Source: Dicyema japonicum (Eukaryota; Animalia; Dicyemida). Taken from it: DNA of 64,000 nt. The position numbers and the translations under genes were made by a program. Below, one piece after another: positions 49,990-60,200 of this stretch. A model generated the notes under the pieces. That model was not told the origin of the DNA. It searched no databases and worked only from the letters and a program-made list of their open reading frames with translations. Location: contig RDEW01000068.1 of the NCBI GenBank assembly GCA_011109175.1, forward strand, positions 101,621 to 165,620. The letters are read 5' to 3'. Position 1 is the stretch's first letter, and the number at the start of each line of letters is the position of its first letter.

Positions 49990-52900
49990 ATGCAACGTGT
50001 TTTTGATTCGGTGGCGTTAAACTCTGTCGAGTTGGCAAAAATGTTGAAAGGAAAAAAGGAGAAGGGTCACTTGCGTTACCTGATAATATGAATGTAATTC
50101 TTGCCATATCCGAGATCGTTGTGGGTGATGACCCAAAAGAATGGTCGAGGCAGGTAGTCCTGCAGGTACGTAGCAGGCTATCTCGAATGCCCTGGAATGG
50201 TTGGCCATACTTGGCGGAGCTCTGCAGTGGCAGATTCAGTACTGCTATATATGTGAGTGAACTCAAGAAGATGGCTGTAGGCATAGAGGGTACTGGTCTA
50301 AAGGGGCGGGGACCAGGTGACCACAACTGTCAAAGAGAGCACGAGCACCAGAGCTGTGATACGTTGCAACTCAAGCATGTTTATGAGGTCTTCGCGCGGA
50401 ATCTCGCTGCAGCGGCAGATGTCCCACTTGAGGACCGTAGATTTACCTGCAAGATTCCTCATTGTAAGGTTAACGGTGTAGTGTTAACCTGCATCAATAA
50501 GGCTGTGGCTTATGCGGTGGAGGCTAAGCCAGTAGGGTCACTGGGTGACATCTCCCTAGTGCTGTATGCAGCACAGATCACCTATGAGGAATTGACGGAC
50601 AAGCCCAGACCACCCAGTAAATGGAGGGAGCAGATCTGTGCCAAGATTGCTTGGAGACAGACTGAGCTGGAGGGGCACATAAGTAGTGTGGCGAGAGGGG
50701 TTAGAGGAAAAGCACCGGCTATAGTAAAGTGGCTAATTAGTAAACTCCGTGTTCTAAAATGGGACCTTAAAGAGTTGAGGAGGGCAAAGGTGGAGTTAGA
50801 GGGGGCAATATTGGTGTACAAGAGGAAACTCTATACACATGAAAGTCGGTGTAAGAGAAAACGAGAAAATAATCTGTTTGAGTTTAATCGCAGATTGTTT
50901 TACCGTCGCCTACACGAAAATGGCCATAGTGTATGTTCCCAGCAGGACGCAGAAATGTGTTCCACATGGGGTAGTATGTGGGAGGCTAAACCACGCAGAG
51001 GAAATGCGTGGAATGTCCCGTACAGAGCCGCTCCTTTCTTGGCGGAATCTTGCGGAATTTTCGATTTTCGAAAAAAATTTGAAACGGTAGTGAGACATCT
51101 CCCTGATTGGAAGACGACCGGGGTCGATAAAGTTTATAATTTCTTTATCAAAAGATGCACTTCATTACACGAGTCTATGTGTCGTGTATTACAGAAAAGC
51201 ATCACTAACCCGGAAACGATTCCTGATTGGGCATGCACAGGGACAACTTATTTGATCCCAAAGCTGGACAACCCCCAGTCTGCTGCAGATTATCGACCGA
51301 TAACCTGCATGCCAACCCTGTATAAGCTGATGACCAAATTGGTGGCTAATGAGGTCAGGAGCTTTGTAGACGCAAATGGGATTCTCTCCGAGAATCAGTT
51401 GGGACTGTGCGAAATTGTCAGGGGGCAAAAGAGCAGGCTTTGATCAACAAATGCCTTTCTGTGTCTCACGGAAACTCACTTTTGTCTATGTGGGTGGATG
51501 TGAAGAAGGCTTACGATTCAGTTGATCATTCTTACCTTGTCGAGTGCCTACACAGTCTGTGTATGCCTGTGTGGTTCATCAGCTTTGTAGTGGCTGTGAT
51601 GAATAGGTGGAGTATTCATCTGAACTATAATAGGCACCGGATAGGCGAGGTAAAACTCAAGAGGGGGATCCTTCAGGGGGATAGCATGTCTCCGCTACTC
51701 TTTGTTCTCTGTTTGGAGCCATTGAGTCGCCGCCTCAATGACCGGTTTGAGCAAATACCAGTTCATTGTGAAGGGGTCTGTTTCAGTACAAATCACCTTC
51801 TTTTTATCGATGACTGAAGATGTATGCTCGAACAGCCGAGGAGCTCTACTCCATGGGGGTCTGTGCCAGGGAATTCTTTGAGAGTATAGGGCTAGATTTG
51901 AATTATTCAAAGTCTGCGACTAACACGCAAGTATGTAGCGAGTTAGTAAGAGTCCTAGAGGAACACGAAGGATATAAGTATCTGGGTGTTACCGAATCTC
52001 CAAAGTCCCTTATAATGCCTGAGACAAAGCGACAAATTACTGAAGGCATCCGTAAAAGAGCAGCGTTATTGTGTAAGACGTCTCTAAATGCAAGGAATTT
52101 GTTCCTAGCATTAAATGAGTATGCTGTCTCGCTGCTAAACTACTACATAGGTGTTGTGGAGTTTGAGCCCAAAGAGTATGATGAGATGGATGTTATGATC
52201 CGTGGAGTACTCAGAGAGAACCATGTCCATGTGTTGGCAGCCAATAAGGAGAGACTATATTTACCCCGTGATAAATTCGGCCGTGGACTGTGTGGAGTAG
52301 TCCAACTAAGTGAGCGTATCCTAATGCGAATGCACGACACCCTGATAGCTGGGTCAAGTGTGTCTGCTAGGAAGCACGCCATAATAACGACCGAGAAAAC
52401 ACGGGCAACCCACCTAGGCACTATCAGACCTTTTTTGTCTGCTAAGTATGGTGTTGATGATGGTGGGCTAGTAAATGTGAAGGCGTTGATCGAATTACAA
52501 TATAATAATTTGATGGAAAAGATCAACTTAAAAAGCCTTCATAAGGTCCTCTTCAGAGCATTGGACAACCCACATGTCGACCTTAAGTCGTCGACAATAT
52601 GGCTAAAATACGGTGACAACTCACCTCGATCGGAGGCGCTGTACACGTATATGCAAGACCGCAATATTTTTTGGGGTCGATCAACAAATACATGTCCCCA
52701 CTGTAAGTCAAGGAGCATGTCGGTTGATCATTTAGCCACTCGATGTGGATCCATGCTTTGCCACGACTATGTGTGCAGGCATAACGAAGTAGTAAGGAGT
52801 CTTCATCTTCTACTATGCAATAAGTATTCGCCACACCAGAAAGTTGCGGACTCATAAGGTGCAATTTGCAGTAGAAAACACCAGGGTCCAAATTAAGGTA

Positions 52901-53420
52901 GACAGTGTTATCCGTACCTCGGTGCTAGTCAAGCACAATAAACCGGACATTTTGGTACACGATAAGGAGTCTGGCCAAGTCCTTATCATAGAGGTTGGCA
53001 TCACGTCTCAAGACCGTTTGCAGACTGTGGAGGTGGAGAAAAAAAGGAAGTATGACTTTCTTGCAAACGAGATGGGGCAGATGCTTGGTTGCAAGGTCCT
53101 CGTTATTCCTATAGTAATGACGTGGGAAGGAATTGCAACAAAGTACCACAAGGGTTATCTGAAGCAGTTGGGGGTAGATAGGAAGCTCCAGGCCTATCTA
53201 CAGTCCACTGTGTTAAAGCGGACCCTAGAGAGCTTGACACTGGAGTATAGGAGGCAGAGCCCTGAGATGCCATATGGGCAGAGGGTTCAATTTGACAATG
53301 CGCTCTCGGAGTTGTTTCAGCAACCAGAATCGAACCTGCCTGAGGAGGCTGGCGAACAGGCAGGCGAGGAAGGTTGTTGATTAATAAATATATTAACTTT
53401 TTTATTGTTTGTTAAATTAA
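49990..53420 (+). mobile_element. Near full-length R4/Dong-like non-LTR retrotransposon (RT, CCHC zinc knuckle, restriction-like endonuclease); three 1-nt frameshifts
   Basis: DYRPITCMPTLYKL, DVKKAYDSV, GILQGDSMSPLLF, FIDD, YKYLG, CPHC..DHLATRC, RHN, KPDIL..IIEVG; outer boundaries approximate. Confidence 0.92.
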
Positions 53421-53513
53421 ACGGATTGGACGAATAATAAACCAAAATTAAAATAATATTTATTGAATATTTTAATAAAACATTTAAATAAAAAATATAC
53501 AGAATTAATTAAA

Positions 53514-55000
53514 ATGATCGGCATAATTTTTGTTGTTACACTATATTGTTTAATTCTTTTATTTCATCTAAAATTCAAAAATTTAGCCGCATGGCGCCAT
53601 GTGGTGCTGTGTGGTTAATTGGTTCAAGTTTTCTGCTTGCTTGTCTGTCCTTTTTCTCTCTTCCTAATAGTGTGGCGTCATGTGATCCACCTGTCTAGGT
53701 GACGTCCAGTGCCAGGCCGGCACGAAAAAGGATCATTTGCTCTTCCCCACTCCACTGGAGGGTTTCCACAACTGCTTGTAATGGACGTCTTTTACCTTTA
53801 TGTTGATTCCGGATGGAGTCTGTTCTGTAGAAGTGGAAACTGGACACACTTAATTAGTTTTTACTTTAACTTTTTCTCGGTGTATCCGGGGTTAATAAAT
53901 AATAATCTAAAATTCAATTCAAATACGAATCATTCAATCAATTTTTTGATTATTATGAAATCAAATGGAATACTTTTATAAAAAAATACAGTTAAATTAG
54001 TTTTCACTTTAGACAAATCGTATTCTGGTTTAGAACTTAAGGTTAGAAAGGCCATTTTTACTGAAAATTTAAGATTTATCGACAACCACAATTTACTCGC
54101 AAAACAAGGAAATTTTTTGTATGAATTGGGAATTAATCAGTTTGCTGACATGGTTATCTCATAAAATAATTTTGTAGACAAGGAGAGAAATATTCAAACC
54201 CAGCAAATTCAATTTATATAATAATTATAATTCTTATGGTAAATTGGAAAATGAATTAATTGGTGATTACACTATCCATGAGAAAAAATATCCTTCATCT
54301 TTAATTGGGTAAATAGAAACTGTGTGACTGATATAAAATCCCAAGGATATAAATGTGGCTCATGCTATGCATTTGGCGCAGTTAACGAATGTTTAATAGA
54401 TTTAGTTGGCTACATTGGAGTCACATTTTGCAATCAAACACAATAAACTTATATCAATGAGCGAACAAAATATGGTTGATTGTGCGAGTGATTACGGATG
54501 CACTGGTGGATCACAAATTATGGTGTATCATTACATTCAAATAAACGGTGGAATTAATTCTGAAAAACGGTATCCATATATTGCCAAAGTAATTTCGACA
54601 GATAATTAATTATATAGGTTAGAAAATGCAAATATAGAGGTCAACCAGATATTAAATTTAATTTGACTACATATAAAATATTTAAAGGTAATGAAAAAAT
54701 GCTTTTGCGTACGCTTGTAGATGTTGGTCCTGTTTCTGTTAATGTTCAGGTTTCTTTAAGCTTTGATCGCTATTTTATAGGTAAAAATATAATGAAACGT
54801 TTTAGGAATATTCCATTACAAATATTGTATAAATGAGTATCATTTGCATACAATTTCTGTTGTGGGTTATGGAATTTTAAAAGGGGGAAAGTATTGGCTC
54901 ATTAAAAAATTCATGGGGTAAAACATGGGGAATATTTGGCTATATGAAAATGGTACGTGGGAAGGATAATTGTGGCTTACCCTATAATCGAATAATTTTA
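53514..55000 (+). pseudogene. Cathepsin L-like (C1A) protease gene interrupted in exon 1 by a SINE
   Basis: MIGIIFVVTLYCLILLF signal peptide; ERFNIN-like RKAIFTENLRFIDNHN; GINQFAD; QGYKCGSCYAF; HTISVVGYG; NSWG with a frameshift; 22-nt intron 53991-54012. Confidence 0.88.
53586..53904 (+). mobile_element. SINE family A copy with 13-bp TSD
   Basis: ATCTAAAATTCAA at 53566-53578 and 53905-53917; empty paralogous site at about 7180-7200. Confidence 0.92.
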
Positions 55001-55408
55001 TCGTTATATTTGATAACTTTTGGTTTTAAGAGAATTAAATTTTTATTTATTTTTTTTATTAAAATAATTTTTTTAACAATTAAACAAATGTCAGTTGAGG
55101 AAGCCTGCTGCGTGGATTGCGAACGAGTTCCCTCGGAGTATGGCTATTCCAATCTTTTGTCTTAGCCATAACCCTTCTCGTTGATCCCTTTTTTTTAATA
55201 ATTATGTTATCTCATCAATTTTAATTTATTAGTAAAACCGGACCCTTCTGGCTGGACGTAACGTTTAAAGAGGCGAGTCCTCGAGATTGGGTCCGAACTT
55301 ATTTGAATATTGATTGAAATTAACGCCGTCCTGATGAGGCATTGGGATTGAAACCGTCAATGATAAGATTTTTTAAATTAATAATGTTGTTTTTGAATCT
55401 TTTGTTTC

Positions 55409-55520
55409 GCCGCGTTGCGCCATGCGATGCTACGTAGCTGTTTTTTAATCTGTTCCTCCTGTTCTACCTATTAGAGTGGCTTCATGTAATTCAGTTGTCA
55501 GGTAACGCCCAGTGCCAAGC
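55409..55520 (+). mobile_element. SINE A subfamily 5' part (mirror copy at 6771-6880)
   Basis: GCCGCGTTGCGCCATG head and GGTAACGCCCAGTGCCAAG core. Confidence 0.7.
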
Positions 55521-55599
55521 TACTATATGGCAAGAAGAAATTTCGAATGCTAGCCGCAAGATTATCGACATTTCACCCATTACCTTGGGGTTGATCAAA

Positions 55600-55900
55600 G
55601 AAAGGAATTTCATATCCAACAATTTGATTTTGGGAGAGTATAATGAGAAAATTGTTATAAGTGACTTTCCTGTAGAAACTTCATTTGATATGAGCCAATG
55701 TTCCAACATACCAATATAACTTTGGAGTTTCATCCCTGCCTTCTCAAGGTCGACGTTTGGGTTTTCCAATGCTCTGAAGAGGACCTTATGTAAGTTTTTT
55801 AAGATCACCATCATCAACACCATACTTAGCAGACAAAAAAGGTCTGATAGTGCCCAAGTGAGTTGCCCATGTTTTCTCTGTCAACTCACCTAGGCAGTTG
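55600..55900 (-). mobile_element. Chimeric fragment: piece of the R4-like element joined to a LINE RT piece
   Basis: 55740-55900 matches about 52400-52590 inverted with an internal deletion; 55600-55740 reads LQSYIGMLEHWL..STGKS. Confidence 0.7.
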
Positions 55901-56389
55901 ATTTATATATGTCATGCATTCGCATAAAGATGCACTCACTTAGTTGGAATATTCCGCATAGTTGAGAGATAGCAGAGGTGTACTCTCAATCAGAAACCTT
56001 AATTCCGTGTTTGTGCTCAATTAGCATGCTTTGGAGAGTAATTGTATTTTCATTAATATTTGTAAATATTTACTGACCAGTAATTGGTCAATTTGTCGGA
56101 AGGTTCAACTGGTGACGCAGCTCTGACACACTTAATATTTTCCTCATTATAACCTCTCGTACCCTTCTTAGTGGACTAGGAAGAAATCGGAAGTCGAAGA
56201 GGTTATTCTCATGTGCTTATATAATTATCTTTATAATAAATATCCAAGACCAATCGACTCCATTAGAGACAATTTGTCCAAGAATTTATTAAAATTATGT
56301 TTTTCGTCATAAATTCGTCCCAAAATTACTCGTGCAATTAGATTTGTCGTCATATTTTAATTTAAATATAAAATTTACAATTAAAAATA

Positions 56390-57132
56390 ATGTTTTTAAT
56401 ATTTTTAGTGTTTTTGAGAAATGTAAAATTACTGTAATTCAAAGGGACAATCAATCTCCGAGGAGGATAAGCAGGCGTTTATTGACGCCCACAACAAATT
56501 TCGGAGACAAGTCAATCCCCCAGCAGCAAACATGAAGAAAATGGTAGAGATTTTAAGTGAAGGAAGGAATGGAACGAAGAATTAGAAGCACTAGCCACAG
56601 AATCCAGCAAAACATGCATTTACAAACACAGACATAAAGGGGAGAATATGGCTTATTCCACCTGTAGAAGTGCTCTGATTATTATTTAAGGGTCTGAAAC
56701 TCCCGAGGAAGTAATACAAAGGTTTTACAACGAATACAAATACTACTCACATGGCAATTCAAAATGTTCACACGTATGTGCCCACTACACGCAGGTTTAC
56801 TCATTCGTGACCTAAGGTCGCCTGGGCGAATAGCGACAGTTTCGCTTGCAACACTCATTTTTGCGAGAATTTGCTTGTTAATAGTAGATACTTAAAGAGT
56901 TATGTGACCTTCTGTAATTACGCCCCAATGTTTGCTGTTTACGCAATTTAGTGGGAATACTGGGGGAAAGCCTTATATAGCAGGAACACCTTGTAGCATG
57001 TGCGATCAGGAAACCCCTAAGTGTGACGATAAACTATGCACGAGTAATATTGCGTACGGTAAGACGATTGACGACACAGATAGTAGAGAAGTGGGGGATC
57101 TGAATAATGTGCCGAGTTATTGTTTGTTTTAA
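56390..57132 (+). CDS. Secreted CAP/SCP (PI16/GLIPR/venom-allergen-like) protein, 5 exons
   Basis: MFLIFLVFL leader; FIDAHNKFR, EWNEELE, GENMA, CAHYTQ-VAWA, CNYAP-GN, PY..G.PCSMC; four introns of 22-27 nt. Confidence 0.9.
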
Positions 57133-57291
57133 TTTAAGAACTTACAAGCGGAGTTATTACTTTAGCCGGTCTCACATATCCACTACTTGGTTATTAACAG
57201 TTCACTAATATTTACTAAAACTAATTCTTAAAGATTTTATTTATTCAGGTGGACTATTGCGATTGGGTATGATTCACACTCTCCACTTAGC

Positions 57292-60200
57292 TGGTGACAG
57301 TGGGCAGCCTCGAGGGACTCCATTTGGAAAGTAGCGAGATCTTGATTTGATGTTGTTGCGTCTTCCATTGAAGAAGTTTCTAAGCCAAAGTTTCATGTTC
57401 GGATGGATGTTGGTTTCAAATATTTTCTAGGGACTGAGTCGAACGCTTTTGTGATGTCCACGGATATAAGTACTGTCTTCAGATGGGGTTTGTGATAGTT
57501 AAATCCTTCCGAGGTGTGTTGTGGTCGAATGGTTACCCCGGAATCCGTGCTGGGTCGAAGGTATTGAAATTGAGTCTTGTACTTTTTCCAGAACAAGCCT
57601 TTCAAGGATCCTTGAGACCGAACTCAGAATAGATATTGGGCGGTAGGAAGATGGTTCATTTATTGGTTAGGTTTTCGAATAGGTTTGATTAGAGACTTCT
57701 TCCATATTTCAGGAATTGTGTTAATGGATAGGTTGAATATATAGACTAATAGTTCAGGGTTCGATGGCCTAGGTGCTTCAGTTCACATGTGGTTATGTTG
57801 TCTGGCGAAATAGTAATAAAGATAATAAACCTGCTAGTTTGATATGTTTCTTAGACGATCTATGTGATTCAATAAAAATTGCTTTTTTGCAGTTACAGAT
57901 GTCCCACATTTCTTTGTGAATTGGTAGAAAATTCATCATGATATTTTCTAAAACAGACTCAATCTTTTCAATTTCATTCTTGATTGAACGCGGCAACACA
58001 GTGAATGATGATAATGGATCCCACGCTAGTATTTTATTTAAAAACTAGAAAAATTAAAAAATAAAAATCAATAAAAATTTTGACTTTATTTTAAATTGAA
58101 ATTTATTTCCAAAGACCACAGTTAAAGACAAAAACAAAAAATTATGTGATCCCGGCGAATTTCAATAGGACTCTCAGCTTGGCCCGGTGATCTTTCCTCG
58201 ATCCAACACAAGCATGTAGTGGATCTAAAAAACTGGAATCGTTCTTATTCGCACCTCCTCCATTTCTGAACATAAAACTAAGTCTGGAAGATGTTGTTTG
58301 CAAAAATAATTTAAAAAAAATACTGGAATCACAACCACCAACACTTTGATTGTATGTTGTCCAGAAAATCTCCCGAAAGTGGATCCTGGCCCAACCACAT
58401 TTCAAGCGGAGTATTGGAGACGTTTCTTTACGACGACTTGATTCATTTCAGAAAGAAGAGCAGTCATGCTAATTAATCAAAAAATCATGAGTGTTCTTAA
58501 TTTTTGTTCTTTTTTGCTTGGATATGAGTCTCCGAGACGTTCCTTAGTGATGAATCAGTGATGACGTGGTCAATCTATATTTTTTGCGCAAAAACTTAGC
58601 ACTTTTCTCTATTTTCTAATTTATTGGCTTTCTCAGGTAAAATCCTTACTCTCTTAGTGATTAATGGGTCCAAGTACATGAATACTGCCCCCGTAGATAT
58701 AACTTTTTGTTACAACCAGGAAGATCTGTTAGAACTTTGACTTAATAGTCTTCATGAAATCACAGATTATGGACTGCTTCTGATAATTTCCCCCACGACC
58801 ATCAGGTTTATCCCCATCTCTTACCAAACGATAGGTAGTAGGTTGAGGAATACGAGATTATTGAACCTCCATAATAAAAGATCATTTGCTTGAACCGAAT
58901 TGTTGGAGACCCTTTCAAGGAATGATCCAGTAAAATGGAAAAGAGCAAATAGTCGACACTAAGGGACTCTAGAGTCAAGTGAACAAGGAACTCAACAAAG
59001 ACTGAGAACCTATAAAGCTAATAAGTTGCCCAGTATCTCTGAACTATTATTAAATCCGTTAAATGCTAATTAATGTCACATCGCAAAAAGAGTATATTTT
59101 TGTAGGATTTGATTCTTTTCATCCACAAAAAAAATAGCATACAATTTAGTTCCAGTGATAATAAAAATAATGACGGATCCGTGGACGGTAAGGATAAGAT
59201 AATCAATAAAGATCCCATAAATCGCGTCTGACTTGCCAAGACTGGGGAGATACATCACCCAAATCCCGAGAATAATAGCAACCCCAGCAATAATGGCCTT
59301 CACCTCGTTGTAGTTTTTGCTGCTCTTTCGCTTCAAGTAAGCAATATAGATGATGACAAAAAGGGGGAGAAATGTTATGACGATGAGAAGCCAATAATTC
59401 AAATTACTTTTAAGACATAGGGGGTACTTATGCTTGACGAAGGTTTCAGTTTTGATATAATACTTCGTTCTCCCAGTGAAGGTGATTCCAAAGTAAAATA
59501 TAGCCTGTATAGTTAAATATGGGACAAACGTGCAGGAAGATTAAAATGGCTGTGATAATAAAAGTAAATTTGGAGTCCTTTTTGAATACTCGGCTTTTCT
59601 CCTCATCAGTAAGGATCCTTACTAACATTTTGTTCCTGTAGATTTTCACAATTCTTACGAGAATCGACAAGTAAATAATGGAGACTGAGAGATTGGGGAG
59701 GAAGTAATAAATCTGAGGTATTACAGCACAACATACCCAACATATTTTATTAGAGAGGAATGTGAACGTAAACACACCGGAAAAGTAGATCATGAATTTG
59801 GAGATAAAAAGGTTTACGTGGATGGACAGGTCAGTGTACACGAATAGCTTTGATTTTGACTTGGAAATGAAGATAATCACGAATATAAAGATGACAATAA
59901 AGTCGGCCGTCATTATGTAAAAAATCGTTAGCTTAGAATTATTTGTAAGAATGTAGGTCGTAAAGTTAATTGTCCGACACCTGAAAGTTACTACCAAAAA
60001 ACTACGAATTTAAGAAATCTTTAGCAGGGATCATGTCATAAGGACATTTTTGGCATTTTTTCTCTGTTTCATTCACAAATGAATTCTCTTCACATTTTAT
60101 GCACCTAACGCATATGCTTGTCTCGATTACTTTCGCATGACCATACGGGCATTCCAAGCTATTTTTGGTTGAATCTACATCCCCCATTATTTTTTTAACC

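Noticed and set aside
51810-51825. Stop-codon readthrough at the RT YxDD site
   Set aside because: The downstream ORF is in a different frame; one missing C restores DDLKMY
53709-53981. Short ORFs recurring as similar peptides (22523, 47910, 49147, 53709)
   Set aside because: They are translations of SINE A copies and are not frame-conserved between copies
55325-55375. Hammerhead-like CTGATGAG...GAAACCGTC (mirror copy at 6925-6965)
   Set aside because: Core nucleotides are present, but I cannot form stem I or a convincing stem II; an Infernal/RNAMotif search would be needed to revive it
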